From positions 806,001 through 870,000 of the forward strand of contig CAKKNE010000001.1 of NCBI GenBank assembly GCA_918797485.1: a stretch of DNA of 64,000 nucleotides, read 5' to 3'. The position numbers and the translations under genes are program-made. Below the pieces are notes generated by a model. It was not told where the DNA came from, did no database searches, and was given only the letters and a program-made list of their open reading frames with translations. Each line of letters opens with the position of its first letter. Positions within the stretch are counted from its first letter, which is position 1. The DNA comes from Pelagomonas calceolata (lineage: Eukaryota). Of this stretch, positions 1-10,552 are shown piece after piece.

Positions 1-1417
1 TTTAGTAGAGCACGCGTCCATCCCAAAGGCGGCGGCGCCGTGCGCCGTGAAGACCGACCTCGTCAATGATCACTTTATTCCTTCCGAACACAAGGCGCCG
101 AAGTGCGAAGTCACTATTGGCTTCGACGACGACGGGGCGCGCACATTGAGTTCGGGTGCGAAGCGGCGGGCCTTTTCTCGGTGTTGCGTCGAGGCCTTTG
201 ATGCGCCAAATGCGTTGACCGTCGAACCGCTGGGTCTAGCGGTGCGCGTGAATCAAGAGGGAAAGCCGGAATTGGCGGCGACGTTAGTCATCAAGGGCGA
301 CCGGTCGAGCATCGAAGAGCGAGTGGAGGCGTGGGCTTCGAGGGTCGAGGCCGGCGAGGTTACGGTGCGCGGTTTAAGGGCCAAATGGGTCGATAGTGAT
401 GCGGTCTTATTGGCGCGGCCGCCTAAACATGAAGCGCAATCTGCTTACAGGAAGGAGCTGCAGCAGGCTCAAGAACATAAGGCTTTGAGGGTCGAGGAAG
501 AAAAAGCTGAGGAAAGAGCTCTAGAATTACAGACGACGTCGCTCTTCGAGCCGGAGAAGGATGATGAGGATGCGGTGGCTACACAACGGCGCGAGGCTAA
601 ACAAAGGTTGGACGCGTTGGAGAAGGACGCCGCGGAACTGCGCGAGCGCCAGGCGGCCGAGAAGGCGATCCGCATCGCCGAGGAACGTACAGAGGTAGAG
701 GAAATGCAGGCGGCGGATCGAGCGGAGTTGGAGAAGCAACGCATCGAGAAGGCGAAGAGGGTGGAGATGGAGCGCGCGTATCGGTTGGAGCTCGCGCGAC
801 AAACCCAGCTCGAGGAAGAGATGGCCCAACAGCAGGAATCGTCATTAGAGGAGCCGTCGATGGCCGGCCTGAGCTGGAGCGAGAGAGACGCGCGCAAGGA
901 GCAGGACCGGAAGGCCTCGGAACTCCTCCAGAAGGAGATCGAACGGGATTGGCAGGCGAAGCTCGCCGCGAAGGAGAATAGGAGACCGGTCACGTTCAAC
1001 GACGCGGAGAAGGCCTTGCGCGAGAAATTATGGAACGAGCACCGGGCGCGCCTCCAGCGGACGAAGGAATTAGCTAGAAGAGCTCACCTGAACGTCCAAG
1101 CGGAAAATTTTAAAAGAGCCCAGGACAAGCGCGAGCGCGAGGAACGGATGCGCCAGGAACGGTTAGCTGAGGCCGAGGGCGCTCCTCCTGTGGAGTTTGA
1201 TCATGATCTCCCGCCCCATTTAGCGCGGAAGCTCCACCCGTCGCTGCGCCCCGCGACGGCGGACGCTGATGCTAGAAGAGCAGCTCAAGCGCGGCGAGAC
1301 CGGCACTTTTCGATGGCTGCCGGCCGACCAGCGACGGCCGACGCCCAACGGTCGGCGGCGACGACGTGGGAGCCGCTCGCAACCTCCCAATGGAAGCCGA
1401 CGTTCCCCCAGTACTAG
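1..1417 (+). CDS. Coiled-coil protein of unknown function (5'-partial)
   Basis: Frame is open from position 2 to TAG at 1415-1417; long E/K/R/A-rich heptad-like region. Confidence 0.7.
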   Translation, partial: LVEHASIPKAAAPCAVKTDLVNDHFIPSEHKAPKCEVTIGFDDDGARTLSSGAKRRAFSRCCVEAFDAPNALTVEPLGLAVRVNQEGKPELAATLVIKGDRSSIEERVEAWASRVEAGEVTVRGLRAKWVDSDAVLLARPPKHEAQSAYRKELQQAQEHKALRVEEEKAEERALELQTTSLFEPEKDDEDAVATQRREAKQRLDALEKDAAELRERQAAEKAIRIAEERTEVEEMQAADRAELEKQRIEKAKRVEMERAYRLELARQTQLEEEMAQQQESSLEEPSMAGLSWSERDARKEQDRKASELLQKEIERDWQAKLAAKENRRPVTFNDAEKALREKLWNEHRARLQRTKELARRAHLNVQAENFKRAQDKREREERMRQERLAEAEGAPPVEFDHDLPPHLARKLHPSLRPATADADARRAAQARRDRHFSMAAGRPATADAQRSAATTWEPLATSQWKPTFPQY

Positions 1418-1435
1418 GAGTACTCATAAGTCTTC

Positions 1436-2065
1436 TTAGTCGTCGCCGACGAACTCCGCGAGGAGCCGCTTCTTGCGCTCGGCGAGCGCGTCCTCCCAGC
1501 CCCAGTCGTCGACGAGCTCGGAGACGTCCAGGCCGCTCCGCCACACCCACTCCGTCTGCCGCTCCGAGCAGACGGACGTGTCGACGGAGGCCGCGTCGTC
1601 GACGAAGGCGGCGGCGGCGTCGTCATTGTTTTCAACGGCGTCGCCCACGAAAGCGCTGGCCGCGGCGGCCGCGGCAACGAAGGCGGCGTCCGCGGCGTCC
1701 GCGGTCGAGATAATGCGGCCATCTGGCAGCATGATGTCGGTGTCGCCGTCCACCTCGTACTCCCACGGCGGCGTCGGCGCCGGGTAGCGGGCGTCGACGA
1801 CGGGCGGCCGGCCGTCGCGGCTGTCGACGCTCTCGTCTGATGGCGAGACGGTGACCGCCGGTTTAGGCGGTTGCCGCGGCGTGCCGCTGCGCGAGCGGCG
1901 CCTGCCCGTGCTTCGTCGCTTCGGTGGCGGGCCGAAGAGCGTCTGGAGGCTGTCGAGCGGGGCCGCGGTCACGCGGCGTTTTGACGCGGCGGCGGTGCTT
2001 TTGCGTTTCGCTGCTGTTCCGTTCGTTGAGGTGCCGCTGGCGGTACTAGACACTACGCGGTCCAT
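1436..2065 (-). CDS. Hypothetical protein
   Basis: 209-aa ATG ORF divergent from ATR and convergent with the upstream gene; basic N-terminus, acidic Trp-containing C-terminus. Confidence 0.55.
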   Translation of the reverse strand: MDRVVSSTASGTSTNGTAAKRKSTAAASKRRVTAAPLDSLQTLFGPPPKRRSTGRRRSRSGTPRQPPKPAVTVSPSDESVDSRDGRPPVVDARYPAPTPPWEYEVDGDTDIMLPDGRIISTADAADAAFVAAAAAASAFVGDAVENNDDAAAAFVDDAASVDTSVCSERQTEWVWRSGLDVSELVDDWGWEDALAERKKRLLAEFVGDD

Positions 2066-2276
2066 AACAACGTAAATTTGAGGTCTTTTGCGAGGTCCGC
2101 GTACGAATGCAAGGGCTACGGTTTGGATGCAGTGTTTGTAATTTTGACTGCGCGTAGAGCTTTGGCGGCGCTGCCAGTGGCCCGTATGCTTTCAGAGAAC
2201 TGTTAACTCACGCAAACCACGCGTAACTCCGCGGTTACGTTGCATACAGCGCAAAAACGATGGCCGCTGCAGGTGG

Positions 2277-2299
2277 GCTAGCGGCCGTAAGACACTAGC
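2277..2299 (-). promoter_or_regulatory. GCTAG-N-CTAGC upstream motif
   Basis: Reverse complement is GCTAGTGTCTTACGGCCGCTAGC, identical to 34909-34931; lies between divergent genes. Confidence 0.7.
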
Positions 2300-2596
2300 C
2301 AAGGTAAAAAGAACGCCTCCTGCCACGACCAGTCGACTGTTTGATCAATGTCAAACCTGAAGTACCATTCCTACGTGCCCCGGACGGATCGACAAAACCC
2401 GAGACGAGCGGTCCTCGTGAGCGCGCGCGCAGCGCATTGCTCGGCGTACCGCCACTTTTGAAGGGCCACAGCGATCTCATCTATCGTATTTTTGATCGGT
2501 GCGACGCCTGCCGACAGCGCTACGTCGGAGAGCGCGCACCGGTGCCGCACGGCTACCTGGAGCTAAGGCGCGCGCAGCGCGCGGGCGGCACACATA

Positions 2597-5500
2597 ATGG
2601 AGGCCGCCCTCGCCGCGGAAGCGCGCGCCGCCGACGCCTTGCGGCGGGCACCCCCACCCAGTACGAAGACGCCGAACGCGAGACGACTGGAGCGCCTCCA
2701 ATTAATAGCGAAATACGCCACGACCCTCCACGCGGGCCGCGCGAAGGCGTCGATCGTGTTGGACGATCCTACTATTGGGGCGGGACGAGCCGCTTTGTTA
2801 TGGTCTCAGGCGCCGTTGGCCGGGGTATGCGATCAGGCCTCGACCCTATCCCAGACGTGTTTACATGCGGCGAGAGTAGCAAGAGGTGACGCGTGCGTCG
2901 CGCGCGTCCTGAATGACGACGCCATAACAGCAGCGAGGGCTTGTTTAGATCGATTGAACGGCGACAAGAACTCCACAAATTTCTTCGAAGGTTTAGAAGC
3001 GCACGCCCGAAAGGAGGCGGACATCCTGGCCAAAAGTAGCAATGCGGCAGAGAAGATTTTGAGTCGACGTCTGAAGGGCGCCTTCAGGGTCAGGCTGCCC
3101 CCGGACTGCTCGCACGATAGTTTGAGGTGGGCCGCGCGGCTGGCCATAGCCATCGCGTCGGAGTTGTGCGCCGACGACACTCGAGTGTTCTTATGTTCAA
3201 ATTTCTGGGCGGCCGGCCCGGGCGCGGCCTGGCGCGTTTGGAGGGATGGTATAACACACGCGTCCCGAGGGGCTTCCGGTCGCGCGCTCTCACAAATTGC
3301 TGCGAAGGCCGCCTCTTCATCGCAAAACGCACCGGGGCCCGCAAGCGGCGCATTAGCTCGAGCCTGCGCCGACGCCGCCTCGGCCTTGTGTCGGAGCACT
3401 ACGAACGACGCCGCCACGCTGACAGCCTTGTCAGCATGCTTCTCAACACATAGTAACAACAACGCCCAGCACGCCGCCGCCGAATTGGCCTTGGCGGCAA
3501 GACGCGCTAGAGTATCGGCCGACGGGACGACGCCGTGGTCCCAGGCTTGTTTAACCGCGGAGACAAATGCATTAAAAGCGCTCCGCGAACCGCCCGACGC
3601 GGCTTGGAGTGATGAAGCCCTGGGACCCGGTGCTTTGTTAGTAGGAGACGCTCTAGCCCAAGTCTTCGCGGGCGACGTGGAAAGAGCTTTCTCTCGCATG
3701 GACGACATGGCAGATGAAGACGAGGACAAGGACGGGAGGGACGTGTTAGTGAGGAGAGCCTTGCAGGGCGAGGGCGACGGCGCGGTCTGTGCGAAGGCGA
3801 CGCTCCTGAAGATCACGGGAGAGGGTTCTCTACGAGAGGCTTTATTATCAAGTGAAGCTCGCGCCGAGACGAACGAAGGCGTCCAGTTCGCCCTGAAGGG
3901 CGCTTCCCAGGATCCCGTGTGTGCGCGGAAGGTCCTCGCGTCCTTACCCGAGACCACGTCTTCCGTTGACGTCGCGCGGTTGACGGCCGCGAGTCTAGGT
4001 TCAGAACCGTCCGCAAGGGACATCAAAGAAGCTCTGAGCAAGGTGAACGATGATGCTACGTCCAAAGCTTGTTCCGACGCGGTTTTGAAAGTGAGACCCG
4101 TCGACGCGGCGGCCTGGCTCGAGCACGCTTCCACACCGTCTCAATTATCTTGTGCGTTGGACGTCGTAGCGAGGACCTCGTCAGATGGCGATGAAGCAGT
4201 AAATGACCGGGCCATCACTTCATTAGCTGATGGAGACGGTCACCTGAAAGTGAATATTGAAAAGGATGCCGTGCGAATCCTCAAGGCGCTGAGTGCTTTA
4301 TCTGCATATGCGGCGTCCCGAGGCTGCCCGCCCGACGACCTGAGGCGGTTAGGGTTGCGGTTAAAAGCACCGGAAGCCTTTGAGCATTTACTGGAGGATC
4401 TACAATTATTAGCGGACAACTTTACTACTTTAACAGGGTTCCCCGGCGCTGCAGCTCGAGCCTCATTAGGTGCGAGTCTAGGAGCGCACGTCTCGACCAT
4501 ACATGAAGCTCTCAAGGCGCGGTTGGACCAATCGCGACGGGACCAAGACCTGAAAACGCTCGCGAACGCCACGCGCATTCTTGGGATTGTCGCTTGTGAC
4601 GATGAACCGTCTCCCTTGCGAGCGTGGGCGTTGTCCGAACTCGCGAGAGCCTGGGCCACTTCTGGTTTAGGTTCGGGAGCGGCCTACGCGCAGTTAAGAA
4701 GGCCAGAAGTCGTCCAGAGGCTGCGGGCCCTAGTCTTTGCGTCCAAAGACCTCGACGACGCGCAGCACGCCGAGCTCGCATGCGTCGTCGCCGAGGCGGC
4801 GAAGAACTCTGGGGCATTTGAAGCTCTTAGTGCGTTGGTCGATCATGGTCAATCAGTATTTGTTGGGAGTGCTCCTTCCGTCGTCTCACAGGCCGTGGCA
4901 CCGTCACTCGTCGTGCGGCGCGAGGTGAGGACGCTGGAAGTGCTGTTTGCTTCTAGAAGACAGCTACTCGAAGCGTGTCTGCCTCGCTGTTTGTGTGCGG
5001 CATTGTTGCAGATCAGGAGCGTCGCTGCCGATGCTGGCAATCGACTTTTATCAGATGTCGCCTCATTAAGTGCCTTCGCTTCTGGCGAAGCTATCTCGAC
5101 GCCACCGGCCCATCGAGCCAAGGAAGATCTGCTGAGGGCCCACGCCGACGCTGTCTTGGTGCTACTCGCGGCGGAACTCGGCGGCGATCGCGCGGCAGCA
5201 GCTCGAGACGCGTTAGATGTCATTGGCCACGCCGTGTTTGGAGCGAGGGCCTCGGGCGTGTCCAGGCGGAAGAAGGGCGGTAGTGTGGACCAGGCTTTGT
5301 CTTCCTTTGTTGGTAGGAGATTCGTCCACTTGGTGCATGCGGTCGTCGTTCACAGGGCCGGAGTGCCTTGGGAAAAGGCAGATAGGACGGAACGGGCCGC
5401 TCGTTTAAGGGCCTTGGCGTCGTGTGCGGAGTTGTTGACACCAACGGATGCGGCGACGCACGCTCCGAAAGTCCTAGGGATACTCGGGGCCGCCCTGGAC

Positions 5501-8500
5501 GACACGGCGTCCGGCGCCGAGGCCGAAACTTTAGCCGCTGTTGCGGTTGATGCTCTCGACAGATTTGCATCGTTACTACCCGATGAAGCTTTGAGAGCAC
5601 ACTTAGCGGCTATCGTCGTGGCCGCGGCGCCTTCGTCGAAAAAGGGCGTTCCTCGCGCTCGATGTCGCCGCGCACGAGACTTACTGCGGAGGTTACTTGT
5701 CGAACGTAGAGATGCTCTGGAAAGCGCTATTTGTACCATACCCACGTTACCCGAGACGATCGACGGCGTCGATACCGAACAAAGGCCGCTCCGAAGCGAG
5801 TTGATGCGACTGGCGCCGTTGCTCGACGCCGAGGCCCCGGCGGTCCGAGTCGCCGCCGCCGAAGCGCTCTCGACGACACTCTCTTCAAGACATGAAGACC
5901 TCACGAAAATGATGCAGGATGATGATGAAGTAGATGTGCCGCCGGAGGTGGCCGACGTCGCGTCCGCGCTGCTGCGAGCGGCGGCGTCATTAGGTGCTTC
6001 AAAAGAGGAAGCGTCGTCGGAACGATTCCGACTGGCTGTTGCTACTGCGTTGGGTGAGTTGGGGGCCCTGGACCCTACTCGCTTGGATGTCGCCCTCCAC
6101 AAGACGCAAGATGAAGCGGCTTCGAGATGTAGTGTAGCTGTAGGGTCCTCCCCAACACAAGATAGCGACATGCTCGGTCCTTTAAGACAGGAAGACGTCC
6201 GAGCACCGCCGTGGGGTGATGGTGATGAAGATCAAACGCCCTCACCTAGAGATAAGCTCGTGGTAGCTATCGTCGCCGAGCATCTCGTGAGCGCGTTGCA
6301 CGGTGATAAGGTGGAGGATAAAGCGGCTTATGGTATTCAAGAACTGTTGAGACTACTAGCAGGAGACGACGACGAGGACTCGCAAGGTAGTCGAAGGCGA
6401 GAACTGCCGAAGTGGGCGCGCAAAGCGTTCGAACAACGAAATGTGCATGAATTAGTAGCCCCGTACGCGTCGACGGATTATGTGATGAAGGGCAAGGCCA
6501 AGTTGCGAGATAAATCGGATACGAATGCGGATCGGTATGGAGATGATGCAAGGCAGTGGGCCGTCAGACTAGCTTGGGATTTGTGTTTGCGGGCCTGTTC
6601 GAAGACCCACGCTCCTGTGTTCAGGATCTGCCGGCCCATGCTGACGCGCTGCGATTCGTTGGCGCCTTTTTTACTGCCCTACCTCGTGGCCGATGTCAGT
6701 ATTACGGGCGGGTCGGCGGGCGAGGCCTTTGTGGCGCGGGAGTTACGAGCAGCAGTGGAAGTAGGTAAGGATCCGGTCATCCTCCAACTGGTCTTTGACT
6801 TGAGAAGCACGATCGAGTCGTGGAGGGACGCTTGTTCCAGATTGGAGCTGAAGCATCGAAAGCCTCCCAGTCATAGGGGTAGGATCCAGAAGCCCTTTGG
6901 GCTGCAGTGCTTCACGCACGAGACGACGAATCAGACGACGGAGGCGTCCTCAAAGTTTTCTGCCGTGCTCGAGGCCTTGCCCCATGCTCGACTCGCGGAC
7001 GCGGCGGCGCGGGCCCAGGCCGACGCGAGGGCGGTGCTGTCGTATGAGTTGGATGCGAAGGCGCAACACGAGGCCTGGCGGAAGCGCCAGCCCAAAGGTA
7101 GGGCGTATAACGATGGTGCGGATGGATGGTTACCTAGACTCGACCCTAGATCTCTTGAGAGACTGCAGAAGGCGGGTGCTAGGGTAGCTGAGGACCCTGA
7201 TTTCTTATCGGGTCTCGCCGCTGTGAGACGAAAGGCCCAATTCCGCGCGACGCTGTCCCAAGACATCCGCGAGGCGGAGACGCGGGGCGACTGGCGGAGA
7301 GCCCTCGACGGCTACGAGCACGTGCTACGAGCCCACGAGGAGGTCATAACAGATGAAGACGAGGACTTTCCCATGGATGATGGGATTAAGATCCACGAGG
7401 GGGCCGCGGCGATTCGAGCTTCCATGCCGAAGCAGCAGGCGGCGCAAGGTTTATTGCAATGTCTGTTGGAATTAGGACATGGCGAATCCGCGCTGTTGCA
7501 TGCCGATGGCTTCGTCGCGCGGGACCCCTCTCTGTCGCAAGTTGTAGCTCCCTGGCAGGCGGAAGCCGCGATGTCGCTCGGGCGGTGGGACAAAATTCCA
7601 CAGTCGGACATCTCGGATAGTAGAGTGGCGCTGGCGGCCACGGTCGCTGCTTTGAGAAGTGTGAGTGAGTCACCTGAGCTATTCACAGAGAAGGCGAAGA
7701 GTGCGAAACTCGCGGCGATGGCGGGTCTCGGCGCCGCGTCCATGGAGTCTTATGGGCGGGCCTACCCCTTCGTGGCGCGCTTGCACGCCGTGCGGGAAGT
7801 AGAACACGCGCGGGAGTACATCAAGGGCGGCGACCTGAACGAGCTCGAGAGGAGATGGGATTCGCGCCGCAAGGCCGGGGCGGCGTCCTCGGTCCCGTCG
7901 TGGCTGGCTGTGAGGAGACGGTGTCTGGAAGTTTGTGGCGCTCCGCTGAAGGCGGGCGCTGCTTGCATGGAGGCGGCTACATTAGCTAGGAAGGCTGGGC
8001 GGTTGACCGTCGCGCGAGGCGATCTGAGGGACGCGGCGCGACTAGGCATCGATTCCGAAGCCTTGTCGCTAGCCGAAGCGAAGGTCGCGCGCGCCGCCGG
8101 TCAACGAGGCGCTAGTCGTTTTGGTGGACATGTCCAACGTTCAGATGCAATAGCAACAGCAGCAAATAAAGCTTATGCTTTACTAGAACCGATCGAGGCG
8201 AACTGCCATGTCATAGCTCGAAGGTTTGGCATCCAGCGGGTGCTGGACGACTGCCACGGGTCCATGAACATTCTGGACGTGTTAGATAGAAATGGCCCGA
8301 TGCGCTTCGACAATAGTGATGAAAGAATACCAGCGGCCAAAAGGTTATTGCAGGCCACGGACTGCGTCGTCGACGCTCGTCTGAGGCACGGGGAAGAAGT
8401 TATTAGGCGATATGAACTTTGTGTAGCTTTACGTCCTGATTGGGCCCGAGCGTACTTGTCACTAGCTCGATATTTCGACCTGCTAGCCACAGCGAGGGAG

Positions 8501-10402
8501 TCCGATGTCAATAAGGAGACGGATGAAGTTTTACACTTATATGCTAGAAGAGCCATGCAGTGGTACGCTCGTGGTTTAGAACACTCCGCGAAGCATGCCC
8601 AGGCGGCCCTACCGCGCTTGGTCACGACGTGGTTCGCCTATGCTGCTTTAGGGCCGGACGAGACTTTGCCGAATACAAACGATCCGAACTCTCTCAGAAG
8701 ACTCCAAGCGCACGCCGACAAGATCATCCGGCGAGCCGCGAAGCACGTCCCGGCGGCCGTCTGGTATGGCGTCATGGCTCAATTAATCTCACATGCGGCC
8801 CACACGCGGAAGCAGATCAACACCGGTGTTACACAGTTGTTGGCGCGTATTATCCAGGTCCATCCTGATCAAGCGTTGTGGACGATCACGTACTTGGCTA
8901 CTAGTACGAATGACAACCGGAAAAGGACGGGTGAGTCGCTCTTCGAGTTGGCAACTACAAGACTACGGAAATCAGCCAAGCAAGCCCAGCGGGACAACCA
9001 ACCCGCGCAGAAAAGGGACTACGAACAGTCGGCAAGGACGCTCCAGACGGCTAGGGAAGTCTTCACGCAATTTGTTCGCTTGGCTCGGAACATGCCCGTC
9101 GAAAGTCGCAGAGAGGTTAGATTATCAAAATTCGTCACGGCCGAGCAGTGTCAAGGGTTACTCGTGCCGGCTCGCGTAGCGTTAACGCCGATGCCGCGCA
9201 TGTCGTCGAAGGGCCGGTGGCCGACGTTTCCCGACCGGGCGCCTCGGATCTCACGACTGTCCGATGACGTGGAGGTGTTACGATCGAAGGCGAGGCCCAA
9301 GAAGATCGCTCTGGATGCGTCCGACGGTACAAGAATGAGGTTACTGTGCAAATGTGAGAAAGCCGGCGATCTCCGGAAGGACGCGCGCGTGCAGGACTTT
9401 AATGGAGTGGTCAACCGGTTACTCGATCGAGATGCTTCATCACGTCGACGAGGTCTGCGGTTGCGGACCTTTGCGGTCGTTATTTTGGACGAGGAGTGCG
9501 GCCTGCTCGAATGGGTGCCTAGGACGCGAAAACTCAAACAAGTGGTCGATGCGGCCTATCGGATCGTGGGGAAGAAGCTGCCCGTGTTTCATAGTGAGAA
9601 GGTGTCGGGGCCCTTCAAACGGGCCCAAAGTCAGCATCGGAACGATTGTGTCGCGATGGCGAAAGCCTATAGGCAAAATGTGTTGTCGTTGTATGAACCA
9701 TGCACCAGTCGTTGGTTCGTCTCGAGATTTGCCTCGGACCCGGCGCAGTGGTTGTCCGCGCGAGGCGCGTTCATGAAGTCCTGCGCGACCTGGGGCGCGG
9801 TCGGCCATTGTCTCGGGCTAGGTGATCGGCATGGCGAAAACATTTTGGTGGACATGGACTCGGGCGGATGCGTGCATGTCGACTTCGACTGTTTGTTCGA
9901 CAAAGGGTGTGCTCTGAAGGAACCGGAGATCGTACCATTTAGATTGACACCGCATATGGTGGAAGCTTTTGGTACGGCCGGGGTTGATGGTGCTTTCAGA
10001 ACATCGTTGCAGTTGACGTTGGGTTGTTTGCGAGATCATAAAGAGACGTTGCTGCACGTCTTGGAGCCGTTCTTACGAGACACTACTGTAGCGTGGGAAC
10101 GGCCGGGCAAGGCCCAGATAGATGATGAGCCCCCGACGAAAAGGAGACGTAATGAGAAGCAGGACGCCGCCGCGACGCTTCGAGTTGTTTCGAGACGGTT
10201 GGACGGCATTTATAATCTGCCCGTGCCGCCGCCGCCCGGTTCGACACAATCGCGGGACGCGCGCGCGGCGGCGCGCGGCGGCTGCTCGGCGCCCGACGAA
10301 TTGCCGCTGTCGGTCCCGGGCCAGGTCGAGCGGCTCATCAAGGAGTCGACGTCGGATTTGAATCTCTGCCGCATGTATCTGGGGTGGACGCCGTTCCTTT
10401 AG
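2597..10402 (+). CDS. ATR: Serine/threonine kinase ATR (Mec1/Rad3, PIKK family), intronless
   Basis: 2601 aa; HEAT/FAT region (SMESYGRAYPF), PI3K-like kinase motifs SKARPKKI, DLRKDAR, GLGDRHGENIL, HVDFDCLF, PEIVPFRLT; FATC end LSVPGQVERLIKEST...MYLGWTPFL. Confidence 0.95.
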   Translation: MEAALAAEARAADALRRAPPPSTKTPNARRLERLQLIAKYATTLHAGRAKASIVLDDPTIGAGRAALLWSQAPLAGVCDQASTLSQTCLHAARVARGDACVARVLNDDAITAARACLDRLNGDKNSTNFFEGLEAHARKEADILAKSSNAAEKILSRRLKGAFRVRLPPDCSHDSLRWAARLAIAIASELCADDTRVFLCSNFWAAGPGAAWRVWRDGITHASRGASGRALSQIAAKAASSSQNAPGPASGALARACADAASALCRSTTNDAATLTALSACFSTHSNNNAQHAAAELALAARRARVSADGTTPWSQACLTAETNALKALREPPDAAWSDEALGPGALLVGDALAQVFAGDVERAFSRMDDMADEDEDKDGRDVLVRRALQGEGDGAVCAKATLLKITGEGSLREALLSSEARAETNEGVQFALKGASQDPVCARKVLASLPETTSSVDVARLTAASLGSEPSARDIKEALSKVNDDATSKACSDAVLKVRPVDAAAWLEHASTPSQLSCALDVVARTSSDGDEAVNDRAITSLADGDGHLKVNIEKDAVRILKALSALSAYAASRGCPPDDLRRLGLRLKAPEAFEHLLEDLQLLADNFTTLTGFPGAAARASLGASLGAHVSTIHEALKARLDQSRRDQDLKTLANATRILGIVACDDEPSPLRAWALSELARAWATSGLGSGAAYAQLRRPEVVQRLRALVFASKDLDDAQHAELACVVAEAAKNSGAFEALSALVDHGQSVFVGSAPSVVSQAVAPSLVVRREVRTLEVLFASRRQLLEACLPRCLCAALLQIRSVAADAGNRLLSDVASLSAFASGEAISTPPAHRAKEDLLRAHADAVLVLLAAELGGDRAAAARDALDVIGHAVFGARASGVSRRKKGGSVDQALSSFVGRRFVHLVHAVVVHRAGVPWEKADRTERAARLRALASCAELLTPTDAATHAPKVLGILGAALDDTASGAEAETLAAVAVDALDRFASLLPDEALRAHLAAIVVAAAPSSKKGVPRARCRRARDLLRRLLVERRDALESAICTIPTLPETIDGVDTEQRPLRSELMRLAPLLDAEAPAVRVAAAEALSTTLSSRHEDLTKMMQDDDEVDVPPEVADVASALLRAAASLGASKEEASSERFRLAVATALGELGALDPTRLDVALHKTQDEAASRCSVAVGSSPTQDSDMLGPLRQEDVRAPPWGDGDEDQTPSPRDKLVVAIVAEHLVSALHGDKVEDKAAYGIQELLRLLAGDDDEDSQGSRRRELPKWARKAFEQRNVHELVAPYASTDYVMKGKAKLRDKSDTNADRYGDDARQWAVRLAWDLCLRACSKTHAPVFRICRPMLTRCDSLAPFLLPYLVADVSITGGSAGEAFVARELRAAVEVGKDPVILQLVFDLRSTIESWRDACSRLELKHRKPPSHRGRIQKPFGLQCFTHETTNQTTEASSKFSAVLEALPHARLADAAARAQADARAVLSYELDAKAQHEAWRKRQPKGRAYNDGADGWLPRLDPRSLERLQKAGARVAEDPDFLSGLAAVRRKAQFRATLSQDIREAETRGDWRRALDGYEHVLRAHEEVITDEDEDFPMDDGIKIHEGAAAIRASMPKQQAAQGLLQCLLELGHGESALLHADGFVARDPSLSQVVAPWQAEAAMSLGRWDKIPQSDISDSRVALAATVAALRSVSESPELFTEKAKSAKLAAMAGLGAASMESYGRAYPFVARLHAVREVEHAREYIKGGDLNELERRWDSRRKAGAASSVPSWLAVRRRCLEVCGAPLKAGAACMEAATLARKAGRLTVARGDLRDAARLGIDSEALSLAEAKVARAAGQRGASRFGGHVQRSDAIATAANKAYALLEPIEANCHVIARRFGIQRVLDDCHGSMNILDVLDRNGPMRFDNSDERIPAAKRLLQATDCVVDARLRHGEEVIRRYELCVALRPDWARAYLSLARYFDLLATARESDVNKETDEVLHLYARRAMQWYARGLEHSAKHAQAALPRLVTTWFAYAALGPDETLPNTNDPNSLRRLQAHADKIIRRAAKHVPAAVWYGVMAQLISHAAHTRKQINTGVTQLLARIIQVHPDQALWTITYLATSTNDNRKRTGESLFELATTRLRKSAKQAQRDNQPAQKRDYEQSARTLQTAREVFTQFVRLARNMPVESRREVRLSKFVTAEQCQGLLVPARVALTPMPRMSSKGRWPTFPDRAPRISRLSDDVEVLRSKARPKKIALDASDGTRMRLLCKCEKAGDLRKDARVQDFNGVVNRLLDRDASSRRRGLRLRTFAVVILDEECGLLEWVPRTRKLKQVVDAAYRIVGKKLPVFHSEKVSGPFKRAQSQHRNDCVAMAKAYRQNVLSLYEPCTSRWFVSRFASDPAQWLSARGAFMKSCATWGAVGHCLGLGDRHGENILVDMDSGGCVHVDFDCLFDKGCALKEPEIVPFRLTPHMVEAFGTAGVDGAFRTSLQLTLGCLRDHKETLLHVLEPFLRDTTVAWERPGKAQIDDEPPTKRRRNEKQDAAATLRVVSRRLDGIYNLPVPPPPGSTQSRDARAAARGGCSAPDELPLSVPGQVERLIKESTSDLNLCRMYLGWTPFL

Positions 10403-10552
10403 TCTCCAGGGCCAGCGGCGCCCCAGTCGACGAAGAAGAACATCCAAGTTTAGGAGATACGTAGGGGTCTGCATAAGGCGCCCCGTTTGTGTGATTTCAC
10501 ATTCTTACTAGTACTAGAACCCTCCCGGTGGTTCAAACGTCGCCGCGAGGTG

